A program made the translations under genes and the position numbers. From contig JALHOT010000006.1 of the NCBI GenBank assembly GCA_022842845.1, positions 110,526 to 174,525 on the forward strand: a DNA stretch of 64,000 bases, given 5' to 3'. The notes beneath the pieces are model-generated. The model worked only from the letters and a program-made list of their open reading frames with translations. It had not been told where the DNA came from and made no database searches. This document shows, one piece after another, positions 19,519-29,471 of this stretch (position 1 is the stretch's first letter; each line of letters opens with the position of its first letter). Origin of the DNA: Cyclobacteriaceae bacterium. Lineage in GTDB: Bacteria > Bacteroidota > Bacteroidia > Cytophagales > Cyclobacteriaceae.

Positions 19519-21867
19519 TTACATTTTAGATATCACCTCGAAAGACCGGGCGATGGAGTAGCCGTCACTATCCACAAGGGTAAGTATATGTCTTCCCCTT
19601 TCTGGCCGGATGGCCATCTGATGGGAACCGCGGGTGCTCCCTAAAAACTGGCCATCAAGGTGCCAGTAAACCGTCATATTATGCTGATTATGAGCCAATT
19701 CTATAACAATTTGACCCTGTTGGCCATCCAGCATACGCGGGATAAACACCTTGGCATTTGCCTTTGGGTACACCAGATCCATCGCAGCTTGCGGCTCTAC
19801 ACATCCTGGCATGGGTGGGGGAAGACTTTTATAGCTTAGGTTTTTTGCTCTGAAATAATATTCTTGAACGGCTGGCAACACAAACCAATCTTCATGTTCC
19901 ATTTCATTAACAGAGGCACAACGGGAATTAACCCGGTATTTTCGATCTGCCGAAAGATGAATCAATTGATGGAAGGGGCAAACAGATGGACTTTGAGTAC
20001 TTTTCACCGCATAGAGGCTGTCAATAGATGAGCAATGGGGGCCAGCCTTAAAACCACTCAAAGAACAGGTTGGTGTTAGCTGCATTTCCAACATAGGCTT
20101 TACAAACCAGGTGGTAGAGGGCAGCAATCCATAGATTGAAAACAAGAGAGGAGCCGCTGCATCTGTACCTGTTAAGCCAGGCCTTCCTTCGCCATCTGCA
20201 TTACCTACCCAAACACCTACCGTAAATTCCGGAGTCACCCCTACGGCCCATCCGTCACGAAATCCATAACTGGTGCCTGTCTTCCAGGCAATCTTTTTTG
20301 AATTGCTAAAGTAACGCCAGCCTGTTTCTTCTCCTGGTCTGTATACTTCTGTTAGCGTTTCAAAAGTTTGGTAGATAGCGGCCGCGCTTAGCCACTGAAC
20401 ACTTTGTAAAACTTGATTCGCGTTTGTATCGCTCTTCGGAAAAATGGTAGCAGGCCGCCAATCGTTCGTTGAATACTTTCTGGCACCGGGCCTTGTAAAG
20501 TAATTACCCAAGACCCTCGCCATGGAAGCATACATACTGGCTACATCCCAAAGCTTACCCTCAGCACCACCCAATATCAACGAAAGTCCATAATGATCTG
20601 GCGACTGGTTAAGCGTTGACATGCCCATTCCCTTCAGAAGGGTATGAAATTTTTCATAACGATATTCCTTGAGCAAATGCACAGCTGGAATATTCAAGGA
20701 GCGAATTAATGCTTTATCGGCTGGCACTGCACCGTCATAGTCTTTGGAAAAATTTTTAGGTGAGAAACCATTAATGTAGGTAGGCACATCGGGTAACAAA
20801 GTCTTGGGAAGTATCTTTCCTTCATCCAGTGCGGCTGCATATAGAAAAGGTTTTAAGATACTACCGGTGCTTCTGGGCGATTGAATGATATCAACTTCAC
20901 TTTGGTGCTGGCCCGGGGCATTTATATTGCCTGCATAAGCTAATACTTTGCCTGATTGGTTATGAATAACGATGGCTGCAGCATTGTTAATTTTATTAGG
21001 CGATAAATTTGTTTGATGCTGTTCCAGTAATTGCTCAACTCTTTCTTGCAAAGCGAAAGAAATGGTAGTTGTTAATTTGCTTCTTTCCGCTGATGATTTG
21101 TCTAATTGAAGCAGTACATGCCTTGCATGGCGTGGCAAAGCCTGAGGCCTGTCTGGAATAGGTTCATTTTTCGCCAGGGTGCACGTTATTTCATCAATGA
21201 TGCCATTCACTTTCAAACGATCGAGTAAGACATCACGTTTTTTCTTTAGTGTTTGAGAATTTTTTCCTGGATGAAGTAAGGAAGGTGCATTCGGTAACAC
21301 TGCTAATAAGGCAGCTTCGCCCCAGGAAACATCTTGCATGCCTCTTCCAAAATAACGCCAGCTGGCGGCATCAAGCCCGACCACATTACCGCCAAAGGGT
21401 GCGTGGGAGGCGTATAAGGCAAGTATTTCTTCTTTTGAATATCTGAACTCTAAGCGTGTAGCAAGTATGAGCTCAATCATTTTCTGAAAAAAAGATCGGT
21501 CCTTTCCTTTTCTGGCCATCCTGATGACCTGCATACTGATGGTACTTCCCCCACTCACGATGTGTCCCGCCTGTATGTTTTGTTGGGTGGCACGGGACAA
21601 TGCTAAAAAATCAATACCAAAATGATCGAAAAATCTTTTGTCTTCGTAAGCAAGGAGGGCTTGCACATATTTTGCTGGCAGCGTGTCAACTGCTGGAAAG
21701 CGCCATTGACCGTCTGCAGCAATAGAAGCTGTCAGGAGCGCGCCATTATTGGATAACAAGACTTTAGAATACGGATCCTTGAAAAGCTTAGCCGTCAAAG
21801 AAAAATAATAGGCAACCATCAAGAGCGATAAAGCGATGGCTGATCCAATCTTTAACCTATTACGCAT
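19519..21867 (-). CDS. pbpC: Penicillin-binding protein 1C
   Basis: Transglycosylase motifs (EDKRF, GGSTISMQVIR), transpeptidase STGSILKP and KTGTS, C-terminal PBP1C domain. Confidence 0.92.
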   Translation of the reverse strand: MRNRLKIGSAIALSLLMVAYYFSLTAKLFKDPYSKVLLSNNGALLTASIAADGQWRFPAVDTLPAKYVQALLAYEDKRFFDHFGIDFLALSRATQQNIQAGHIVSGGSTISMQVIRMARKGKDRSFFQKMIELILATRLEFRYSKEEILALYASHAPFGGNVVGLDAASWRYFGRGMQDVSWGEAALLAVLPNAPSLLHPGKNSQTLKKKRDVLLDRLKVNGIIDEITCTLAKNEPIPDRPQALPRHARHVLLQLDKSSAERSKLTTTISFALQERVEQLLEQHQTNLSPNKINNAAAIVIHNQSGKVLAYAGNINAPGQHQSEVDIIQSPRSTGSILKPFLYAAALDEGKILPKTLLPDVPTYINGFSPKNFSKDYDGAVPADKALIRSLNIPAVHLLKEYRYEKFHTLLKGMGMSTLNQSPDHYGLSLILGGAEGKLWDVASMYASMARVLGNYFTRPGARKYSTNDWRPATIFPKSDTNANQVLQSVQWLSAAAIYQTFETLTEVYRPGEETGWRYFSNSKKIAWKTGTSYGFRDGWAVGVTPEFTVGVWVGNADGEGRPGLTGTDAAAPLLFSIYGLLPSTTWFVKPMLEMQLTPTCSLSGFKAGPHCSSIDSLYAVKSTQSPSVCPFHQLIHLSADRKYRVNSRCASVNEMEHEDWFVLPAVQEYYFRAKNLSYKSLPPPMPGCVEPQAAMDLVYPKANAKVFIPRMLDGQQGQIVIELAHNQHNMTVYWHLDGQFLGSTRGSHQMAIRPERGRHILTLVDSDGYSIARSFEVISKM

Positions 21868-21924
21868 AGGATCAAAGATAAAGCTTAATAGACAGACAAA
21901 TAATAGAAGAACTACAAAATGCGT

Positions 21925-22758
21925 CTAGCGTTTCCGGAAGATTTTAGCTTCTTCGTCCACGAGTTCAAACTTAGTATAGTTTATCCACGAAAGCATGGTG
22001 TCGTAAAAGCCAATAACGAAAAGCCCCCCTGGATTTAAAGCATCATAGAATTTATCGAGCAGTTTTACTTTAGCAGGATTATCGAAATAAATCATGACGT
22101 TTCGGCACAAAATCAAGTCATAAGTTGATTTAACGGGATCTGTAATAAGATTATGAAACTCATAGGTAGCATAGTTCTTTAACTCATCCACCATGGTAGC
22201 CTCAGCCCCTTCGGTAACATAATACTTCGTAAAATCGCTGTAAATATTGTACTGCTTAAAATTAGCCTCATTCTCGATCATTTTTATTTTATGGTACCGG
22301 CCATTTTTGGCTTCTTCCATAGCCTGCTTATTGATATCCGTGGCAAGTGCTTTCGTTTTATGTCTTAAGCCAATCTCTCCTAGTAATATAGCCATCGAAT
22401 AGACTTCTTCACCCGTAGAACACCCGGCATGCCAGATGGATAAACTCTCATGATTTTTAAAATCATCCTTTAACCTGTGTTTAAGGTGCTTCCAAAAAAT
22501 TGGGTCACGAAACATAGAGGTCATGCCTACGCTAACCTCATTCATAAAGACATGTATGAAAGAGCTATCCTTTAGTAATCTTACCCATAAGCCATGAATC
22601 GAGTCAAAATTGTAAAGATTGAGCAACCTAACGATCCGCCTTCTTAATGATTTAGGTTCATAACAAGTAAAATCTATACCGTATCGTGTTAAAATACTTT
22701 GGGCTAGTGATCTAACTTCTTCTTCTGATACATCCACTGATGTTGCATTCTTCTCCAT
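21925..22758 (-). CDS. cheR: Chemotaxis methyltransferase CheR
   Basis: IWHAGCSTGEEVYSMA, DLILCRNVMIYFD, LNPGG. Confidence 0.93.
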   Translation of the reverse strand: MEKNATSVDVSEEEVRSLAQSILTRYGIDFTCYEPKSLRRRIVRLLNLYNFDSIHGLWVRLLKDSSFIHVFMNEVSVGMTSMFRDPIFWKHLKHRLKDDFKNHESLSIWHAGCSTGEEVYSMAILLGEIGLRHKTKALATDINKQAMEEAKNGRYHKIKMIENEANFKQYNIYSDFTKYYVTEGAEATMVDELKNYATYEFHNLITDPVKSTYDLILCRNVMIYFDNPAKVKLLDKFYDALNPGGLFVIGFYDTMLSWINYTKFELVDEEAKIFRKR

Positions 22759-22768
22759 TCATGTTTTA

Positions 22769-25624
22769 TTAAACTACTGCCATAACTGGTACTCGATCTT
22801 CAACTACCCTAATCAGTACAAAGACCAACCTTGCTATATTTCCCTCTAAATTTCTTATAACCGTTAAGGATGATTCGAAAGTAGCAGCCTTCCCCTTATA
22901 GCTAAAAGGAATAAGAACAGTGGAATGATCTTGTTTTAAAACCTCATCTTTCATGTTAGCAAACACGTCATGATAATATTCTTCTACAAAATCATTAAAT
23001 ACTTTACCCCTCAGCTCAGTACGGGATAAAGCAAAAAACTTCATAAACTTATCATTGGCTGTTTTACAACTGAAGTCTTCGTTGAATTCAATAATAGGAA
23101 GTGTTGCCTTTAAAGATCCCACCAATGAAGAAAGATCATTAATCTTTTCTTTTTCTTGTGTGGTGAATTGAGCAAACATCATAATCTTCTCTGGCACTTC
23201 AGTATCTACAATAATGGGATTGAAAGTACCTGTCAACCATAATTCTCTGCCTTCTTTATTTTTAAGCCTGAATTCGCCTGAGAAAAACTTACCCAGTCTT
23301 AAATTATCCCACATCATGTGTACAGTGGGCTCATCTTGCATTATATCAAGGTAATTAGCGCCTTGTAACTCTTCACCTTTAAAGCCCATTACAGCCATAA
23401 AGATGTCGTTGCCTCTGATAAACTTACCTTCGACATTAAATTCTGCTGAGGCAATTGTGTTGTTAATAGCCGATAGATAACTGGTTAACTCTAATTGTTT
23501 TCGCTCAGCCTGCTTCTCTAATTCTTTCTGCTTGGTAACATCCACACCAAACTCAATTATTTTAATGAGATCACCTTTTAAGTCAACAACCGGGTAATCC
23601 ATGAGCTTCAGGCAATGAACGTTACCCAATTTATCAAAACGTTTAAATTCACCACTTTGCAATCCATTTACTTCAATCTCATGGAGCAACTTTGTGAATA
23701 TATGTTCCTTCCTAGATACGATACTGTATGACCTGCCTATTAAATCATTGATTTCATAACCAAGTAAATGAGCATAATTATCATTGACCTCAATGATATT
23801 ACCTTCCAAATCCAACTCCATGATGGCATTGGATTTACTCAGGGCTTTCATCTTTTGGTGAAAATCCAAAGCCCGCATTTTGGTATCTGTAATATCAGCT
23901 TGTATAGAAATATACTTTACCACATCACCTTCCTCATTGGTGACAGGGTTGATAGCTAGCGAAACCCAATAAGTTTCACCCTGTTTATTATAGTTTAATA
24001 TCTCTTCAAAAACAGGTTTCTTCTCGGCAATGATATGTCTCAACTTTCTAACAGTGTCTTTATCAGTAAGCGGACCTTGCAATAAATGACCAGGTTTTTT
24101 GCCTATAATCTCGTGCGGCTCGTAACCAGTCATTTTGGTAAAACCTTCATTGACATACTCTGTTAATCCGTTGGCATCAGTAATAATAACCGAATTATCA
24201 GTATTGTTTGCCACCAGCGAAAGTCTTTCAAATTCAATTTCCTTGCTCTTCTTACCTGTTATATCCTGAATCATGCAGAGCACCTTCTCAACTTCTTGCT
24301 GCGCATTGATCATTGGTGTAAATGTGATGCTTAACCAGACAGATTCGCCCTGTTTATCGTATGTCTCAAAATCTCCTGACTTAATTTTACCACTCACGAA
24401 TTCCTGCCATGCCATTAACTGCTTTCTCATCAGCAGAGAGTAATCCTTATTCAATAAGTCTGCCACTTCACATTTTAAAAAAGAAGCTAACAGGGGATTA
24501 GCTTTGATGAGCTTGCCTGATAATGAAAACTCAGCAGTGGCCAAGGTAGAATCAATTGCATTAATGATGCCTGATAGCTCAGTTTGTTTGCGAGCCATTT
24601 CCTCTTGAGTGGCGGCAAGCTCCTCAAGATTCTGTTTCATCTCCTCTTCTCTTGTCTGGAGCTCTGCTGTGAGTGATTTAGATTCATTCAATAAAGACTG
24701 TGTGCGTTGATATCCTTTCATGGAAGCCATTTCGGAAGCAATATTTTCTACAACCCGCTTCAGAAACTCCACTTGATGTGGCTTCATTACTTCAAAAAGT
24801 GCCAATTCAATAGCTCCGTAGAATTGCTCATTGAATATCAAAGGAGCCACTACAATATTTCTGGGGGTGGCCTCTCCTAAACCAGAGGTAATTTTTACGT
24901 AGCTGGAAGGAACATCCGTAATAAAGACAAAGTCCTTTTCAAGCATGCATTGACCCAAAATACCCTCCCCCTCATTAACCCTTCTTTCGATAAACTTTTT
25001 CCTATCATAAGCATAACAGGCTATCATTTCTAAATATCGACCGCTTTGCAGATCGGATTCTTCAAGAAATAAAGCTGCTTGGTTAGCCCCAAGATATTTA
25101 ACAAGCTGGCTTACAATTTTCTGACTGTATTGTCCTAATTCAGTTTTATCACGTAAAATTTCGCTAAAGCGAGCCAAGCCATCATTCACCCAGTTACGCT
25201 TGCTTTCTTCTTCCTTCAATTGTTGCAACTGCCCTCTTACTGCACTCAAAGCCTCGCCAATAGCGTCATCTTTTAGCAGATCATCCATTTTACCCTGGGT
25301 ATCGGAAGAATCAATTTGCTTAATGTACTGAGCCGTTAAATTTAATTTTCTCTCAATCAGTTTTTGATTCTCCTGTAGATGATCAAAAGATTGTAGTGTT
25401 AGAACACCACCCTTTGCTTTGTTTTTACCAAGTAATGCGTTCGTTTCATTAAGTAAATATTGCCCGAGCTTTGAAATCAGGTTGAGCATCCACACCAAGG
25501 AAATAAAAGCTCCCAATGTACCCACTAGTATCAAGCTGAAGTGCTGATGAAAAAAAGCCAGTATAGCGGTTAGTCCTATAAAAGAGACCAGTAATGAAAC
25601 GGCAAGCTGAATTTTAAGCTTCAT
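22769..25624 (-). CDS. Membrane-anchored HAMP-like/GAF/coiled-coil/multi-PAS protein without an output domain
   Basis: Two N-terminal TMs, GAF (ACYAYDRKKF...GILGQC), coiled coil EEEMKQNLEELAATQEEM, about five PAS domains; no kinase, MA or cyclase motifs seen. Confidence 0.8.
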   Translation of the reverse strand: MKLKIQLAVSLLVSFIGLTAILAFFHQHFSLILVGTLGAFISLVWMLNLISKLGQYLLNETNALLGKNKAKGGVLTLQSFDHLQENQKLIERKLNLTAQYIKQIDSSDTQGKMDDLLKDDAIGEALSAVRGQLQQLKEEESKRNWVNDGLARFSEILRDKTELGQYSQKIVSQLVKYLGANQAALFLEESDLQSGRYLEMIACYAYDRKKFIERRVNEGEGILGQCMLEKDFVFITDVPSSYVKITSGLGEATPRNIVVAPLIFNEQFYGAIELALFEVMKPHQVEFLKRVVENIASEMASMKGYQRTQSLLNESKSLTAELQTREEEMKQNLEELAATQEEMARKQTELSGIINAIDSTLATAEFSLSGKLIKANPLLASFLKCEVADLLNKDYSLLMRKQLMAWQEFVSGKIKSGDFETYDKQGESVWLSITFTPMINAQQEVEKVLCMIQDITGKKSKEIEFERLSLVANNTDNSVIITDANGLTEYVNEGFTKMTGYEPHEIIGKKPGHLLQGPLTDKDTVRKLRHIIAEKKPVFEEILNYNKQGETYWVSLAINPVTNEEGDVVKYISIQADITDTKMRALDFHQKMKALSKSNAIMELDLEGNIIEVNDNYAHLLGYEINDLIGRSYSIVSRKEHIFTKLLHEIEVNGLQSGEFKRFDKLGNVHCLKLMDYPVVDLKGDLIKIIEFGVDVTKQKELEKQAERKQLELTSYLSAINNTIASAEFNVEGKFIRGNDIFMAVMGFKGEELQGANYLDIMQDEPTVHMMWDNLRLGKFFSGEFRLKNKEGRELWLTGTFNPIIVDTEVPEKIMMFAQFTTQEKEKINDLSSLVGSLKATLPIIEFNEDFSCKTANDKFMKFFALSRTELRGKVFNDFVEEYYHDVFANMKDEVLKQDHSTVLIPFSYKGKAATFESSLTVIRNLEGNIARLVFVLIRVVEDRVPVMAVV

Positions 25625-25628
25625 AATA

Positions 25629-26234
25629 CTAGCTGGCTAGATGAATTCTACCTTCAGGTACTGACTCAAATATCTTAGAGCTGAGTTTCCATAAAAACTG
25701 AGGATGAACCCTTTCACTCACATTAAACTGAAACGTAGTATTAGAAAGTATCATGGCAGAACGATCCATCCCTTCTACTTCTCTTTCCATAAAATTTTCC
25801 AATTCCTCTGCCTTCATTCTTTTCAACATGGGAACATCGCCATACACTTCTAATTTCAGATTATTCGAAAGTTCTGAAATAACAGATGCTGAAATAATGT
25901 TATCAATTTCCATCAGTAAAGCATCGTTCAACTGGTGGCTGACAAAACCAAAGGTTTGGGAAGTTATCTTAACAATTTCTGACGTTTCGTCAGCGTTAAG
26001 AATCAGATACGATTTACCCGAAAGGTCACCAATTAATTTAGTCACCAACACAATAATTTCTCCATCCTCGTCAGAAATACAAGAGAAGTCGTTAGCATGC
26101 CTTACCAATACCGATTGTGTATTGGTAATTTTCACAGACTTACCAATGAAGGAAGAAAAGGCATCAGAAGCACGCTGAAAGCCCTGATTCATAATGTGGA
26201 TAATAAATTTTTCACGCTCTCTGTTATGATCCAT
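25629..26234 (-). CDS. cheC: CheC-family CheY-P phosphatase
   Basis: Second-half motif E-I-D-N-x22-P is intact; CheC-like spacing of helices and strands; che operon context. Confidence 0.82.
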   Translation of the reverse strand: MDHNREREKFIIHIMNQGFQRASDAFSSFIGKSVKITNTQSVLVRHANDFSCISDEDGEIIVLVTKLIGDLSGKSYLILNADETSEIVKITSQTFGFVSHQLNDALLMEIDNIISASVISELSNNLKLEVYGDVPMLKRMKAEELENFMEREVEGMDRSAMILSNTTFQFNVSERVHPQFLWKLSSKIFESVPEGRIHLAS

Positions 26235-26245
26235 AGCTGTAGGGC

Positions 26246-28036
26246 TTAGTTAAGAGAAAAGTTTTTAGATGCTCTGCCATGTGAAGACAGACTGAAAATA
26301 AAATGGAGAATGAAGGGCACATTCAACACCAAACAAACATTGCCGCTGCCAAGAATTGTAACGCCACCAATAAACTTGATTTTATCAACAGGTTTCATCA
26401 ATGGTTTTTCAACAATTTCCTTTTGTTGCAACAGTTTATCCACTACAAAACCTACCGTTCTGTTGTTAAAGCTTACGACTACTATATCTAATTTTTCTTC
26501 AGGATGAACCAGATCATGTGTCTTTTGTAAAGCATTATTAGATTGGCCTATCACTGTTGGATCATAGTCAAAAACGTCCTTAAGAAAAACGATAGAAATA
26601 TTTTTACCCAAATGAGAAGCTACTAAACCTCCACCTGCCTTGTGTATATCAGATCGATATAAAGAAATGACTGATTCTGTATAAGCAAGGGGTATAGCAT
26701 AAACCTCATCTTTCAATTCGAACAGTAGACAAGATTTAACAGCCATTGATGAAGGGAGCGTAAGCTGAATAGTGGTTCCGACACCTGGCTCACTTATTAC
26801 TTTAATCTCTCCGCCTATGGTATCAAGTGTTTTGCGTACCACATCCATGCCAACACCTCGACCTGCAATAGCTGTTACCTGGTCCATGGTGGAAAAGCCA
26901 GGCTCGAAAATCAACAGGCTTAACTCGTCAGTAGTCATGCGTGATACGTCTTCTTCCGTTACCAACCCTTTGGCAATAGCTTTTGACTTTATCCTATCAT
27001 AGTTCAAACCTTTACCATCGTCTTTGATTTCGATGATCACCGCATCAGTTTCTCCGCGAGCTGTTAACCAAACGGTTCCTTCTTTGGGTTTACTTGCAGC
27101 CAAACGTTCTTCAGGGCTCTCGATACCATGCCCCACAGAGTTGCGCACAATATGAATCAATGAGTCACTGATCACTTGCAACACATTCCTGTCAATTTCC
27201 GTGTCGGTGCCTTCAAGTTTCAATACCACGTTCTTCTTTTCAATAGTGGCAGCATCACGTACCACTCTATGAAACTTATTAAATAAAAATCCTACCTGCA
27301 CTAAACGAACATCCATTACTGAATACTGAAGGTCAGAACTTATCCTGCTTAACCGGGCATATTCGTTAGAACCCTGCAAACCACTGGCCGCGCGAGAAGC
27401 CAATATTCTATCCTTTTCAATAATCAGCTCTCCCACAAGATTTAGCAGATTATCAAGCTTTCTGACAGGCACTTGTACCAGATCAGAAAAGGAAAGCTTA
27501 TTATCCGATTCGTCCGGAGATTCAGACTCTTCTTCATCAGAAGGCTGATTGCCAACCCCAATGGCCTCCGGTACGAATGGACTTTGAACAGAAGTCTCCA
27601 GCCCCACCGGATTCTCCTGTTTTTCTTCAATTACTTCTTTTACTTTATCCTCATTAGCACGTTTTACAATAACTTCAAGCTTGGTTTTGATGCCTTTGTA
27701 CTTTACTTCCTTACCATCTCTCACAGAATTTACCAAAGCCCCTAATGTATCAGCTGCTTTAAATAATGATCCAAACAAAGACTCGTCTAGTATAATTTTT
27801 CCCTCTCTTACTTCACCAAACAAATCTTCCAGAACGTGGGCCATTTCTGCTATGCCGGTATACCCCATGCCTGCGGCATTGCCTTTTAGGGTATGCGTTA
27901 TGCGAAAAAGTGCATGCACAGTATTTTTATCGCTGCGACTTTTTTCCAGTACAGTAAGAAGTCTGTTAATTTCTTCAAAGTTCTCGAGCGCTTCTGCTAA
28001 AAAGATCTCTTTATATTCTTCTTCCTTGTTGCTCAT
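26246..28036 (-). CDS. cheA: Chemotaxis histidine kinase CheA (no P2 domain)
   Basis: HPt HTLKGNAAGMG, dimerisation LDNLLNLVGELII, N box RNSVGHG, G1 DDGKG, G2 GRGVGMDVV, C-terminal CheW-like domain. Start set to MSNKEEEY (28036), just after the cheB stop. Confidence 0.95.
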   Translation of the reverse strand: MSNKEEEYKEIFLAEALENFEEINRLLTVLEKSRSDKNTVHALFRITHTLKGNAAGMGYTGIAEMAHVLEDLFGEVREGKIILDESLFGSLFKAADTLGALVNSVRDGKEVKYKGIKTKLEVIVKRANEDKVKEVIEEKQENPVGLETSVQSPFVPEAIGVGNQPSDEEESESPDESDNKLSFSDLVQVPVRKLDNLLNLVGELIIEKDRILASRAASGLQGSNEYARLSRISSDLQYSVMDVRLVQVGFLFNKFHRVVRDAATIEKKNVVLKLEGTDTEIDRNVLQVISDSLIHIVRNSVGHGIESPEERLAASKPKEGTVWLTARGETDAVIIEIKDDGKGLNYDRIKSKAIAKGLVTEEDVSRMTTDELSLLIFEPGFSTMDQVTAIAGRGVGMDVVRKTLDTIGGEIKVISEPGVGTTIQLTLPSSMAVKSCLLFELKDEVYAIPLAYTESVISLYRSDIHKAGGGLVASHLGKNISIVFLKDVFDYDPTVIGQSNNALQKTHDLVHPEEKLDIVVVSFNNRTVGFVVDKLLQQKEIVEKPLMKPVDKIKFIGGVTILGSGNVCLVLNVPFILHFIFSLSSHGRASKNFSLN

Positions 28037-28046
28037 ACGCCTGCAT

Positions 28047-29087
28047 TTATAAACAGCTGACAATAAAACCTGATATTTGTGCGAGGGGGACAATTTGCTT
28101 TACAGCTCCATATTCAAAAGCAGCTTTAGGCATACCATACACAACCGATGAGTCCTCATCCTGCGCAATAGTGTATCCTCCCATATTTTTAATCTTGGCC
28201 ATGCCTAACATTCCATCCTTACCCATTCCGGTAAGTATGACACCTATGCTCCTGCTTCCATAGGTGTCGGCAACAGAGTCAAAAAGGCAATCGATTGAGG
28301 GATAATTAAACTCTTCAAATTTTTTATTGGTATAGGTAATCATTGGTTGCCCGGTGATCATATTTTTTTCGATGCAGGTATTTGACTCCCCGTTGGCTAC
28401 ATAAATATTTCCGCCCTTGAGGGTTTCACCTCTTCTACCCAGTTTTACAGGTAAGGGACTATTTTCATTTAACCTTTCTGAAAATGTTTCTAAAAACCGT
28501 GGGGGCATGTGCTGTGCTATGACCACTGGAATTTGAAGATTTCGAGGTAGGTTATTGATAATTAACTCTACCGCACCGGGTCCACCAGTTGAGGCACCAA
28601 TAACGATGATATCGTAATTAAGTGTTTGGGTGAAAGTATGGGTGTGTGTATTTTTATTTGACTGCTGGCGGTTTTTCAGCAGGTTAGTATCCGTAAGCGA
28701 AGCTTCACGAATAAGTTTTAATAGAGGATAATTAAATGCATTTCGGCTATCTGCATCGGTTGGTTTGTCAATAAACTCGAAAGCACCATACTGCAGGGCA
28801 TCAAAAATGCGTGAATTGGTTTTGTTCAATGAACTTAAGACGATGATAGGTGTGGGCCGCTTATCCATAACCGCCTTCACCAGGTACATACCATCATACT
28901 CAGGCATCACCATGTCAGTAATAACCACATCAGGCTTTAACTCCAAAGCCATATCGCTCCCTACCCTGCCGTCTTTCGCTGTACCAACTATTTCAATTGA
29001 AGCATCTGCACTAATCAGATCCGTAATTAACTTACGCATCAGGGCAGAGTCATCAACAACAAGGGTACGAATGCGCTCGGCAGACAT
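28047..29087 (-). CDS. cheB: Chemotaxis methylesterase CheB (REC + esterase)
   Basis: REC TDMVMP; catalytic GASTGG (Ser), QHMP (His), LTGMGKDG (Asp). Confidence 0.95.
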   Translation of the reverse strand: MSAERIRTLVVDDSALMRKLITDLISADASIEIVGTAKDGRVGSDMALELKPDVVITDMVMPEYDGMYLVKAVMDKRPTPIIVLSSLNKTNSRIFDALQYGAFEFIDKPTDADSRNAFNYPLLKLIREASLTDTNLLKNRQQSNKNTHTHTFTQTLNYDIIVIGASTGGPGAVELIINNLPRNLQIPVVIAQHMPPRFLETFSERLNENSPLPVKLGRRGETLKGGNIYVANGESNTCIEKNMITGQPMITYTNKKFEEFNYPSIDCLFDSVADTYGSRSIGVILTGMGKDGMLGMAKIKNMGGYTIAQDEDSSVVYGMPKAAFEYGAVKQIVPLAQISGFIVSCL

Positions 29088-29099
29088 GGTATAGAGAGA

Positions 29100-29456
29100 T
29101 TAAGCGTTAGTAACTGCTTGAACTAATTGTTCATTGGTGAATGGTTTCACTATATAAGCGCGTGCACCCAGTCGAAGTCCTTCATTTACAACAGATTCTT
29201 GACCAACAGCACTAATCATAACCACTTTTGATTTAAGACCTTCTTCCTGATACACCTTCAAAATATCTGTCCCGATCATATCAGGAAGAATATTATCCAG
29301 TGTGATCAAATCAGGCTGCAGTTCAAAAGCCAAATCGATAGCTTCTTCTCCATTAGCAGCCTGACCAACAACGCTGTACCCATTACCCTCCAGCGCATCT
29401 TTAATTAAGGTGCGCATGTAAAGAGAATCATCTACTATTAGAACACTCTTAGCCAT
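29100..29456 (-). CDS. cheY: Single-domain response regulator CheY
   Basis: IVDDS, LDNILP (phospho-Asp), MISAVGQ, IVKPF; Bacillus/Thermotoga/archaeal-type CheY features. Confidence 0.9.
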   Translation of the reverse strand: MAKSVLIVDDSLYMRTLIKDALEGNGYSVVGQAANGEEAIDLAFELQPDLITLDNILPDMIGTDILKVYQEEGLKSKVVMISAVGQESVVNEGLRLGARAYIVKPFTNEQLVQAVTNA

Positions 29457-29471
29457 GGTAGTTTAGTTTAA

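Noticed and set aside
19519-21924. pbpC as part of the che operon (a link between chemosensing and cell-wall synthesis), and the absence of its usual alpha-2-macroglobulin partner
   Set aside because: The 57-bp gap contains a TATCTTTG -7 element on the minus strand just before the pbpC ATG, suggesting its own promoter; the partner gene may be elsewhere in the genome.
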